Source: Hydrolagus affinis
Taxonomy: Eukaryota
Direction of reading: 5' to 3'
Assembly: GCA_012026655.1 (NCBI GenBank)
Contig: JAAILG010001942.1
Span: 1-59,808, forward strand
DNA: 59,808 nucleotides
Shown: positions 1 to 11,272 of the stretch, piece after piece
Position numbering within the stretch: position 1 is the first letter of the stretch
Layout of the letters: each line of letters opens with the position of its first letter
Position numbers and translations under genes: made by a program
Notes under the pieces: generated by a model
Database searches by the model: none
Told to the model about the DNA's origin: nothing
What the model saw: the letters and a program-made list of their open reading frames with translations, nothing else

Positions 1-700
1 AAAAAAATAGGGAAAAAAAATGATTCCCGCACCTGTCACTCGTTACGAAATTGATTTCAGATTATGTGATGGTCTGGGGTACGATGTTGCGGATTTCCTT
101 TAATATACATATTATACGTATAATATTATATATTATATGAACTGGTCAGTAATCGCAAGGCTATGGAAAATAGCAATTACGTTATGCTTCACCCTTTGAG
201 TTCAGGGATCTATATATCCCATTATTATAGAACCGGTTAGACGTTTAATAATCGGTCTGATTTCATTGTACGACATCGCGATACCCTCTTTGTGAAGACA
301 TTATTGCTTGTGATGCGGGTGTTGGGGGGTGTATACAGGCTTCTCTGTGTTGCTGATTTTGGTGAGACAGATTACTGGAGATTAGTTACCTGTGTTTGAC
401 AAGGCTCTGGGCTGGTACCCGTTATGTCCTTTTTTTTTGCTTCTGTCACTTGCACCCAGACTCTGGGATTTGACTGAAGTGGAACAAAAAAAAGAATCAG
501 TGATTTAAGATGCGAAGGAAAGGTTATTGCTTTTGAATAAATAAAGCTGCTTTGGGAGCCTTGGGGTTGTGTCCAATGAGATGAATGAATTCCATGATCT
601 GGCCGGCACAGCTGGTGTGACGCCGTCGCAGCCAAACCATTTTGGGGGCCATTTCAATGTTGCAATAAAATAGCAAAAGGAGGAAGGAGTTACGCATGGC
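1..700. promoter_or_regulatory. Relatively CpG-rich segment, possible shore of a CpG-island promoter upstream of the window
   Basis: Many CpGs (cgttacg, tacgatgttgcgg, cgacatcgcg, gacgccgtcgca) compared with the CpG-poor remainder. Promoter proximity is inference. Confidence 0.35.
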
Positions 701-906
701 TTGTTACAATTGTGTTGTTTCTCAGTTGTGTGTGTTCTGTGTTCCGAAATTTAGGAACGACGGCACAGTCTGAAATAAATTGGATGTTTAATCTGGAACA
801 GAATGATTTTGACAGCTGGATCCCGAGTTTTAGTCTGGCTTCATAAGATCAAAAAATCTTTATAAGATCAGAACCCCTGAACCTATGTGCATTCTATGCA
901 TGAGTT

Positions 907-1124
907 AATAATAATAATAATCCTTGCATATAGTGCTTTTCACGTCTTCTAGACATCTCAAAGCCCTTCACGGAATATACTGTAAAGTGAATTGACCGTA
1001 TATATTTGTGGACGAAACGCGGCAGCCAATTGCGCACACAGCAGTGTCCCACAAAACAATTGTGGATTGAAATGACCAATTTATTATTATTGTGGGGTTT
1101 TTGTGGGAGGGATTATTATTAGCG
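907..1124 (-). mobile_element. SINE family A, 5'-truncated, (ATT)n L2-type tail
   Basis: aataataataatccttgca...tactgtaaagtgaattgac...ggcagccaattgcgcac...gtgtcccaca is the reverse complement of the + copies such as 6258-6599. Confidence 0.9.
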
Positions 1125-2174
1125 ATATAATACGTGAGTAAATTATGATTGAAACCCATTTTCAAATTGATCATCTTTCCCCCCCCCCCCAGTATCCCCG
1201 GAGTTGCATGTTACCCTCCCAACACTCCCAATGTTTGTGTTAGCCCTGATGAATATTCCGAGGTTCTGGCATTCCTGCCTCCCAGCAGATGTCCTCTTCT
1301 CTCTCTCTATCCGCCCCCCCCCTCACCCCACCCCCCCAATCCTGCAGAAACCAGGCATAAGACGATGCAGTTTTCAAGTGTGCTGTGCAACCTGCGCATG
1401 TTTTATGTGCATCACCCAAGACCATTGCTGCAGTGGTTCCCAAATTCAATAATGAAGTCTGAGCACTAGATTCTCATGTGAATGAGGCAATAGCTTTAAA
1501 TGCACCTCTGGTATTTAATGGTAACTTTTGTTTCCATTCAGTATCACTTTGAATTACATTACGTTTTGTAAAACAACTTGTTTTTTAATTTAAAAAAATT
1601 AATAAAGGAACACTTAGTTTCCAATAGGTACATCCTCTGAGTGGCTTCAGTGGTATATTCTTTGACATAATGTTGCAGAGCATCTCAGGAATATTGTGGA
1701 ATTAAAAATGTTTCTTTTGTGGTTTTTTTATATACAACTGCGTCATAGGAAATGTGAGAAGAATGGTTTGGGTATGTGAATATCTTCAGTTCTGAAAAGG
1801 TTCAACTTAGCCATTGTAATGCTCTGAAATAGTGGGAGATTTGATTTTGAAAGGCTGCATAAGAAAGTATTGTTGCCTCCTATTCAATCAATCCTTTAAA
1901 ATACACCCACCTACCTCCATGATGTAACATCTCTATATATTTCCACCATGAATGTTGTTGTACAGAATATAGAATTATGAAATGTATACCTTCACTAACT
2001 GCTCTTTAGTTTGGAAACACAATTAAAATGCGCATTGATCAATTATCAGATGATGATGAAAATGATGCTGCTGTTCTAACAGTGAAATTAACAACATATT
2101 GTAAAGAAAAATAATACTTTTATATTAGTATTATAATACCAAGATGACTGTGCAAAGCAGTTGACAACTGGATA

Positions 2175-2280
2175 AAGCCCACAAAATACACGGTTAATTC
2201 ATTTTTTGTGAAGTGCCATGAGACCTCTTGAAAATGTGATAAGGCGCTATATCAAATGCAAGGATTATTATTATTATTAT
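2175..2280 (+). mobile_element. SINE family A 3' fragment
   Basis: gtgaagtgc...gataaggcgctatatcaaatgcaaggattattattatt tail shared with other copies. Confidence 0.85.
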
Positions 2281-2537
2281 ATATAACATTACATTTTGTC
2301 CCGTGTTTAAGTTAAATATGTTGAAATGTATGGTTGGGTCATAGTTTTGTTTCTACAATTCCCCCCCCCCCACCCCCACACCCACACATATCAGATACTT
2401 TATGTTGTTGCTAAATTAAGATGGTTCTATCAATTGTTCCTAATTGTTCCTTGGTATTTTTGAATGTCTGTTGAAGAGTAGCAATTTTAGGGTATTGATT
2501 CCTTCACTGTTTATTTAGCAGCCACAATGTGCAGGTG

Positions 2538-2551
2538 GTCTCCATGGCTAC
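2538..2551. promoter_or_regulatory. RFX X-box-like motif
   Basis: GTCTCCATGGCTAC fits GTNNCCATGGNNAC; motif match only. Confidence 0.3.
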
Positions 2552-4367
2552 TTTTACTGAGCTGCTGAATATACAAAGTGCCTGAGAGTGTTTCCAGTTG
2601 GGTCATCTTTTAAATTAAGTTTTCTTTTCACAATATTTTGAGTAACCTAATTGTGAAAAGTCCATCTCTGGGTAGCTGCTAATTTTAGTTTCTGTTCAGT
2701 GGGAGTTTTCAGTATACAGATTACAGCTCAAATAGCCATTGAAAAGTTTCAGAAGACCATCCAGATTTCTAATAATTTGGTCAAATTGATAGCAATTTCA
2801 AAATACAAATAACTAAACATCAAAAAAGTTTCAAGAATGAATGTGTGACAGAATGTGACAGGGTTGACTGGGGGAGAAATATGGGGTGGGGGGTAGAGCT
2901 GGGTGGAGTATGATGATATAAATAGCTCAATTTATGAACCAGATCATTACTCAGTGGTTATCCTTACTGTGGATACCATGGGACACCATCCCCATGAAAT
3001 GTTGTTGTGTTGCATTATATTTCTGAAATTGAAAGAAAATTAGGTATTGTTGCACTTTGTGACAGTGATTGTTCTTTGAATACAAACAATACTAAGAGAT
3101 TATGGAGTACGATATTAATGGATATAGAGTACCATACTAAAGTTACCTTTCTAAACCTTTTAGTGTATTGAGGAAAAAGTACATTCTGTACTCTTTAGCA
3201 TGATTTATGTTTTGAAATTTAGGCCCAAAACACTAAAATGTTTTGAGAATTGAGCATATGATTTGAAATAAATAGGATTTGATGCTCAGTATTGATTAAA
3301 ATATGGATTCTTAAAGATTGAATATAGAGTCTCAACATCTTTTCCTAAATAATCAACACAAAATGATTTAGTTGAATGACCTAAACCCAAATAAATTGTA
3401 TGAAAAGTTAGCTCACTGCATTGTCAGTATCTTCCTGGAATCTGTCAGCTTTAAGTAATTAGGTCTGTAGCAAATGCTTATTCCTCAGGGGTGTTGCATC
3501 TGAAGGTTTTAAATCTTATTTTGCAAATAGATATATGCAGGGTGCATGACTCTGTATGAAGATCCCTGACACGGATTTGTCAGATTGTAAAATATGCCAC
3601 TCTGAATTTGAAAATGATGCATTCCTTTTTAACTAAAGTTATCACACTGATAATTTACTCTTGTGTTCTGAAGCAGAAAATTACAATCACACTGTGCTTT
3701 TGCATAACCAAATCTTTTATTACCTTGTACCTCCTCTATGTTAATGCAGATTACAAGCCATATGTAATGCTCAACTCTCTTTGAGGATTCCAATATCATT
3801 AATGTTCTTTTTTTAATAACTATTCAAAAAAACTGCAGTGAATTAATGAATGCCCTATGGTTTTTACTCCTTACTAATTCATTTTTCTAATAAAACTCCA
3901 CCGTAAAATTACTGACTCGCTCGCGTAGATGCTATATCACAGAAAATGAGCATTTTGAAAATTGAGAAGAACATTGCATGCTTAAAATGCCAATAACCGT
4001 TTCACATTGATGCGGTTTTCCCCATGCTAACTGGAAATTTCGGTGATTTCCTCCCATCCTGCATTGTGTGGTAATGTGAAATTTGGAGTAGAAAGATGTT
4101 CTGCACCTTTAATCGATAGTTAGTCACTTGGAATTGGAAGAAAGGGTGCCTGGTTAAGGACAAATTTAGTAACAGAAATTTGTCATTCCTATAAGGTTAC
4201 CTTAGTAATATTGTGCACACTGTACTCTCAACCTATTCGGATAATTATCCAGAAGAGCTGCCAATTTGCCTAAACTACAAAAGACTCACGCTATTGCAGC
4301 CTAGCCAGTATTAAACTAGAGTACAAATCAGGACAGGGAGGCAGTCTGTTGGCATATAGTAAGCTGC

Positions 4368-4428
4368 CAGCTGCTCACACTGACAATTCTCAACAGGGCA
4401 GCTGCTGGTCATGTGACCAGTGCAGATG
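4368..4428. promoter_or_regulatory. E-box cluster including palindromic CLEAR/M-box (MiT/TFE, USF type)
   Basis: CAGCTG 4368-4373 and 4399-4404, CTGGTCATGTGACCAG 4405-4420, CAGATG 4423-4428, in non-repetitive sequence. Confidence 0.35.
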
Positions 4429-5828
4429 GATTTTAAATGGTTACTTTCTTGGGAACAAAGGTTTTTTTTGTGTCAGAAATAAGAAATGAAAGATCTGGTC
4501 TCTTTCTTTCAGAGTAACTTTGGATGGGGGAAGGGAGGGGGGAAATAGTAACGTGGCAATTCTGGTGGCATTTAGGATCATCGTAATGATCAGAAACCAG
4601 TGCTAACTGGATGCTTGCCCTTTAACGTTGATGAATTTTCAGAATCAAACCATATTGACCGAATACACTGAGATAAAGTACCCTACCGAGTCAGTCATGA
4701 TTAATGGGTTTGATTGGATACTAGTCTAATGCCTATATGACATGCATAATCCCAATGGCAATGACTCCAAACTAATATGTGCTTGGCTTTGCTACCAAGT
4801 AAGGTTTTGTCATTTGTACAGAGGTATCCAATTTCAACATAAATTTATTGGGATGATTTTCTTTTCCTGGATAATTAGATAAATAGTTCCCCATTCCACA
4901 CACTGACTAGCCTAACTCTAAATGGCCTACCCCTAGAAAGGCTGGTAAATGCTTTTCAGTTTTGTCAAATGCCACCAGAGATGGTACATTGAAATTTCTC
5001 CTGTACCTTGAAGGTACATTTTTCCCTTTCTTAAGATTAGTTTAAATTGAGACCACAGACTTTATTTCTTAACTGATTATAAATCATGCCAATATATATA
5101 TTTTTTTAAAAACAGTGCACCACTGGGTACTAATAGCTCCAGTTTACATCTTCATTTTGTGTGACATTCATTCTGTGTCATTAAACATTGACCAAAATAT
5201 TTACTGTTTCAAATTCCTCATGCTGGCTGCTGACTCTTTCGCAGTTTATAAAACTGACAGCATGCCTCTGTTTCAGAGCTCACTGAAATCATGAGTATAT
5301 TCCTCTACTTATATATTCTTACTGTATAATTTGTACTTTAAAATTTTTGTTTGAATTCATTTTGGGGCTAGTTTGAGAGGATGGAATCCATTTGTGATTA
5401 ATTTGGAACTTTATAATAAATAGTATTAAAAGGTATTTTAATGGAAAATAAAGCACAGCACAACTTGGAATTCTTGAGGGAGAAACGGCTGTTCATTACC
5501 GTCCATTCTGATTATGCCTTGGATTTCCTTATGTTTTGAACTTATGCAAAATGTTTTCCTGGAGCCAATAATTACCTCCAGAAGTGACTTGTGGATCCGC
5601 AATTACTTCCAACTATTATTGTTTGATAAGAAATCTGCCGCATGCAATTCACTCTAGTCACTTTTTATGCAGAGCAGTCCTTTCATATTAATTGCTCTCT
5701 TGATTGAGCTTGATCTTGCTGCATTTGATTTAGGGTTTATGTATTTTTTGTAAACTTTGATCATTCTTTCTCTAATTCATTGACAAAATATTCTTTACAG
5801 TAAGCATTTTGTCCCATTGTTTGTCCAG

Positions 5829-6118
5829 CTGGGACCACCTTACCTGTTGGGGCGTTGGTTTCCAGAATTAACAGGAGCTGAATGGGATGACTCCATGCCC
5901 CCAGTGACTTCCAGGCCCTGGCAATGAACCAGGCTGGCTGTACTGTTATCAGCAGTGCCCTGGTATATTATGGACTCGTCTGGCTAAAGAACTGGTCAAC
6001 AGAAAACGCCGCAGAGGGCTCACTAGATTCTGACATTCCGTTGTCAGATATGTCGTCATGGAGCCAGTTCAGCTCCAAGGAGTCCTGACTACCTCCACTT
6101 TACAGTACATCATGTGAG
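5829..6118 (+). other. Candidate internal exon, probably 5' UTR, rich in uORFs; gene not identified
   Basis: Acceptor ttttgtcccattgtttgtccag| (alternative ttctttacag| at 5800), donor GAG|GTACTG (alternative CAT|GTGAGG at 6113). More GC-rich than flanks, unique, no frame open end to end, several ATG-initiated short ORFs. Confidence 0.5.
5924..6088 (+). CDS. Putative 54-aa small ORF/uORF MNQAGCTVISSALVYYGLVWLKNWSTENAAEGSLDSDIPLSDMSSWSQFSSKES
   Basis: Manual translation; gcaATGa context; lies wholly within the candidate exon. Translation unproven. Confidence 0.2.
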   Translation: MNQAGCTVISSALVYYGLVWLKNWSTENAAEGSLDSDIPLSDMSSWSQFSSKES

Positions 6119-6257
6119 GTACTGTACTTTGGTGCTCGGTGCAATATCAAATGCAAGGATTATTATTATTTTGATTTGCACACAATAGTACATCAGGGTG
6201 CATTTTTAAGAACTGATATTTCGAGTGGATCGAAGTGCATCCAAATCCCATTCCTGT

Positions 6258-6599
6258 GGAGTCTTGTAGCTCGGTGGTTAGAGCACTCGAGAGCAAGTGA
6301 GAGATCTGGGTTCGATACTAGGCAGGGTGAAACATTGGGCAAGTTTCTTTACTCCACAGGCCTAATAATAATCCCTCAAAAAAACAATAATAAATTGGTC
6401 AAATCCCTCAAAAAACAATTGATCATTTAAAATCACGATTGATTGGTGGATACTGCTATGCGCATTTCTCTGCTGCTTTTCACCCACAAACATACAGTCA
6501 GTTCGCTTTACAGTATATTCTGTGAAGCGCTTTGAGACATCTCAAAGATGTGATAATGTACTACTGTATAACAAATGCAAGGATGATTATTTATTATTA
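6258..6599 (+). mobile_element. SINE family A, full length (short subfamily)
   Basis: tRNA-like head with A box (tagctcggtgg) and B box (ggttcgatac), tgggcaagtttctttactccac segment, Deu-like body, gtgaagcgctttgagac...aaatgcaaggat(ATT)n tail. Confidence 0.92.
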
Positions 6600-7210
6600 A
6601 TTCCTAGCAGTCTGTTGAGCTTGGTAATAAATTCAAAACTATAGTAAACTACAATTCAGGGAAAATTTATGGATCCATTCCTGTAGACTTTAATCTTTTC
6701 AGATTTGATGTGTGTGCAGCACTGTAACCATGTAATCAAACTCAGAGACAGTAAAATAATAGATTATAAGCATTTCAATTGAAAAATATGAATAATTAAT
6801 TGCAGAATTCTAACTGCAGTTATTTTAGATATAGGGTGCACTTCTATAATCCAAAATGTTGTGCATTCAGAAGATGCATCCAACTGAGTTTTATGGAGCT
6901 GCTGCCCTACAGAGAGCAGCAATATTAGGTGCTGTGAAACTATTTTTAAAATCATAAGTGAATGAAGGAAGAAATAAATCTGCCTTTCACAATGCTCCAC
7001 ATATTGGGGTTAGCTCAGGAACCTGGAACTGTGTTGTAAAGAAGTTTAAAACAGCTGCTGTAAACTCTCATTTTACAACAGGTGGTAAGGAAGTCATCAG
7101 TGAGTTGTAAATGTTTTTAATTGGAGACTTAATTTTTTATTTTATCTGTGTTTATCAGAAATTAAGATTTATTAAATTATTTGTGGGTAAACAAATAATT
7201 TCCTACAATG

Positions 7211-7395
7211 TGTCAGCCTGGCTCAGTTGATAGCTCTCTCATCTCTTGAAACAGAATGATTTGGGTGCTTGCTCCATATCTTGAACTGGCACTGTCCAGT
7301 CTAGCACTCCATTGCAATGCTGGTGGTGTGTTTCATTGTCAAAATGCCAAAATGTCAAATTTCCTGGATGATACATTAAACCTAGGTTCCGTCCC
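7211..7395 (+). mobile_element. Old DeuSINE (SacSINE1-like) 5' part
   Basis: gtgtcagcctggctcagttgatagc head and ggatgatacattaaacctagg; similar to 40639-41049 and to the recalled SacSINE1 consensus. Confidence 0.65.
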
Positions 7396-7764
7396 GAATG
7401 TCTGTTCCGGTGCACATTACAGATCCGATATCATCCCCAAAAGGGTGATAGTTTTACTGTGTGCAATGATTGTGCCCATTGATCATAATAAACTAACACA
7501 CAATTATGTTGATTTTTTTTATTAGTTTAAAGATCAAACTACAGTACAATCATACCCTTGTAAATTATTGACTAACTGTATGTTGAGGCCTGTAATGTTA
7601 AACTATTGACCTAAAGCATACAGTGCTCAAAGCAGAAGGATTAAAGTATTATTGACCATATTGGCCCCTTAAGTGATGTAAGGGTGGTATTATAGATTCT
7701 AAACTACCAAATATATTTATTATACAATTGAGCTGAGTGAGGACGGGGTGGGGGAGGCTGTCAA

Positions 7765-8078
7765 AGGCCCAGGTTCGATTCCTGGGTAAGCCAAAACATT
7801 AGACAAGTTTCCTTACTCCACATAGCTCTGTTTACCTAACAATCAGTAGGAACCCAGCTGTTAGTCGATTGGCAGATCGCTTTCTGGGTATAATAATCAC
7901 TTTTTTAAAAATTGATAATTTGGTCACTCAATTTACAATTGTTTGTGGGACACTGCTGTACACAATTGGCTGCCAAATTTCACACACAAAATATAGAATC
8001 ACACACTTTACAGTATATTCTGTGAATAGATGTCTCAAAAATATATGGCACTATAAAATGTAAGGATTATTATTATTT
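7765..8078 (+). mobile_element. SINE family A, long subfamily with the extended CORE-like segment
   Basis: B box ggttcgattcc; caagtttccttactccacatagctctgtttacctaacaatcagtaggaacc; Deu-like body; ATT tail. Confidence 0.88.
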
Positions 8079-8776
8079 ATTTTTGTCAACTCCTCTTGCT
8101 GTTTACTGACCATTTATGTTTGCTGATGAGAATTGGCAGACAGAAGTGACACCGCCTTTCTCACATAGGATGGCTCTCAACCCACTTCTATTGAGTAGTT
8201 GTGTCTGCATTTCAGTAAATTAATGGATTCCCCACTATAATTGGTAATTGGCATAATCCAAAATAAGCAATTATTGAGAAATAATGCAGTGTGTGTGCAT
8301 GTGTGATTTCTGTTCCAAGGCAGGACCAACTGTTGTTCCACATTGCTTCAGAAGCTAGAAGAGGCCAGTTTAAGTTAATTGGTTTAAGTTAAGTGTAGGA
8401 TTCAAAGAAAGGAGATCTTGAGATTAAGATGCAATAGAGAAGCAGGCATAACGTGCAGGTTTAATAGGATGAATTTTAAAAGTTACAGCATCAGCAGTGA
8501 TTTCACTTCCAGTTCTTATCTGAATGTGCTTTGAGATTGTTGCTATGTTTATATTACATTGGCTAGTCTGTGTCTTGAAGCGGGTCTTTATCCTGCCTTT
8601 GGAGGCAACATTACTGAAGATAGCAAGGTAAATGGTTCGTTACAGTCTTTCGTAGCAACTAGGGACGTTACATGATCAAAATATTTACAACTCCTGACTT
8701 TGCAGTTGCTTAGGCGGTGCAAGTGATTTGTATCATTGTCTCATCAGCAGTGTTGGAATACTTCAGCAAAAACTCC

Positions 8777-8924
8777 AAATACTGCAGATGCTGGAAATCT
8801 GGAACAAAAACAGAAATCCCTGGGAACACTCAGCAGGTCAGGCAGCAAATATGGTGAAACTTTCACTTTCCTTTCACCATAGATGCTGTCTGACCTGCTG
8901 AGTGTTCCCAGCAATTTCTGTTTT
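8777..8924. mobile_element. Palindromic repeat resembling chondrichthyan Penelope-like terminal repeats; 53-bp hairpin
   Basis: Arms 8807-8859 and 8872-8924 are near-perfect reverse complements. Relatives at 24818-24944 and 45281-45471. Penelope assignment is from recalled family features. Confidence 0.65.
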
Positions 8925-8967
8925 GGGAATATTTCAGAGCTGGTTTTCTTTGAGTTTGTTCCGAAGT

Positions 8968-9241
8968 AGTAATTATAATCCTGCATTTGATATAGTGCTT
9001 TATCACATCTTCAAAACATCTCGAAGTGTTCGTTGTGGATTGAAGTGACCAATTTTTTTTGAAGGATAGGACCCCTGGAAAAACAATCTGCCAATTAACT
9101 AACCACTAGGTTCCTACTTACTGCTAGATCAATGGAGGCTTGTGGAGAAAGGAAACTTGCCCAAGATTTCGCTTGCCGGGAATTGAACTTAGGTCTCGCA
9201 CTTGTGAAGCGATTACTCTAAACAGTGAGCTACAGGACTCC
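8968..9241 (-). mobile_element. SINE family A, long subfamily, internal deletion
   Basis: Ends gagctacaggactcc (reverse complement of the head); contains ggttcctacttactgctag (long segment) and a tail. Confidence 0.88.
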
Positions 9242-10062
9242 ACAAAATAAAAGTCCACTGCAAAAAATAGCTGTGTTTATTTTTGTGAAAATTACAAATT
9301 TGCCTGTGATTTAATCGCATTTAGATTTGCCTTGGATCAAAGGTTGAATATTTTGAGCCATTAGAAATGCATGGAATGAATCACATGGTTTGTGGAAGGG
9401 TATATAATAAAATAACTTTACATTCTTGTAATACAATTCTTCGCCACGGGTTTGTTCTTTCTCACATATTTTATAGTGTAAGGGAGAAAGAGATTACTTG
9501 AAGGAGGTTGGGGGAGGGTTCAAATGACGCCATATTTACAAAAATGTAGAAATATCATTTTAACTCTGGGATTAAGTTGCAGTCTGGAATGTATTCTCCA
9601 GTGTGTGCTTTTTTCCTCAATATATACTAGGAAGATTTATTTTTTGTAATGTGTCTCATGACAGGCTTGCTGTTTGCCTGTTGACAAGTAACTGTAATCA
9701 GACCAAATAGGGCGTGGTGGTGGGGGATTGCAATTTTGTTAAAGCAAATCTATGGACATTGAGCTGTGTGGACACTAATTTGTTTATTATCCTTTATTCA
9801 GCAAAATTCTGCTCCTAGATTTTCTTTTCAAGAGAAATTGTCAACATAATATTAAATATGATATATTTTAAAATAATGCAGTGCTATAAAATTATTTTGG
9901 AATTCTTCCCACCCAACCTTGCAAACTACACGTAGGAATTAAAGAGTGTGATTTGTGAGTACCATCTCTAGTGAGAATAGCCTAGGTTTTTGCCTTGGAT
10001 TTCAAGGGATCCGATTGACTTATGCACTTATTAAGATGATGATTCCTGAGTTTCTTGCACAG

Positions 10063-10704
10063 CGACTGAAGAGCAGATGCAGGAGTATAAGCGAACAAGT
10101 TGGTCATTCTTGAATCTTGAAAATACAGAACTCTTCCTAACGGATAGCTTCACAAAGGCTTGGTTCAACAAGCAAGCGTCTTTAACTCCAACCTGCATGC
10201 CAGAACAGTTTTTTCTTAACCTCAAGGGAAAACCGGGTACATTCGGTTTTAAACTCGTCGAGCTTGGTAGACTTTTCCTACTCTCCTGTCCTACTGGGAA
10301 TAGAGATGTGGAAAATGTGTTCTTTGTTGTTGTTGTTGTTGACCACAATGTTTAGTCTCAGCTGCTCTAATTGGAGGCAGGCCAGGAGCTTAGCTTTTGA
10401 AGGTCTGCTCGGCCACATATATCTTTTCGAAATAGAAATGACTTTTGAGGCTTGAGTATTATGAGATTGTTCTCTCATTTCCAACTTTATTTGCGTTGGG
10501 TTGATATAAAGCAGAGCAACATCTTCAGAGTTCTGATTGACAAACCTCTCGCTGGACTCATCATTGATGCTGCAGCAGGTGTGGAGTCCTTCAACCCTTT
10601 CAAAGGATCAGGAATTTTGTTTAAAAATTATCAAGAGACTAGAGGGAATAGAGACTAGCGAGCAGTGTGGTAGATGTCAGTTGTCCAGTACTGGAGTGCC
10701 GCAG
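10063..10704 (+). other. Weak candidate alternative 5' exon (start uncertain)
   Basis: Unique, locally CpG-richer block ending at donor CAG|GTAATT; possible acceptor tttcttgcacag| at 10062. Confidence 0.25.
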
Positions 10705-10809
10705 GTAATTGGGCAGGACAGGTGGGAAATGTGCTTCTCACGTTGCACCACAGCTGCTGTTGATCTTAATTAATCTGACCCTTTGAGGCTGCGGCTTCAC
10801 AATATAGTG

Positions 10810-11272
10810 CGCATATAAACACATTATGCACCACACATAAATGCACACATACACCCACATGTATATGCCGCACACATATATACATTGCTGTGCTCTCAAA
10901 TGTCGGCTGGGTTTCGCTCACAAAATACACAATCAACTTTACAATATGTTCTGTGAAGCACTTTGAGACGTCTCAAAGAATTTGATATCAAATACTTACC
11001 AAATGCTAGGATTATTATTGCACATACACAAAAATCCATGTACACACTTTTCTACATACACATGCACATGTAACCACATGCATACCTAGACCCACACTTA
11101 TGCCCAGATACTCTTGCACCTATTCACATACTCACTACCACACGTTTGCACTCACTTTCACATTCATACACCCACCCAAATTCTCTCAACCTACTCTTGC
11201 ACCCTCACATGAAAGCTTACCCACATCCCCCCACACACCCAACCCCCTAATTTCCCCCCCACACACACATAC
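10810..11272. repeat. Degenerate (CA)-rich low-complexity tract interrupted by a SINE 3' fragment (10883-11019, +)
   Basis: cacacata/cacccaca runs; embedded gtgaagcactttgagacgtctc...ggattattatt. Confidence 0.75.

Noticed and set aside
2870-2907. G-quadruplex-like G runs (also poly-C runs near 1180, 1315, 2361, 12570, 40740)
   Set aside because: Such runs are scattered through the window with no positional signal.
6258-6330. tRNA gene (also heads at ~9170-9241, 12280-12344, 26423-26480, 40645-40700)
   Set aside because: A and B boxes are present but there is no complete acceptor stem, and each continues into a SINE body.
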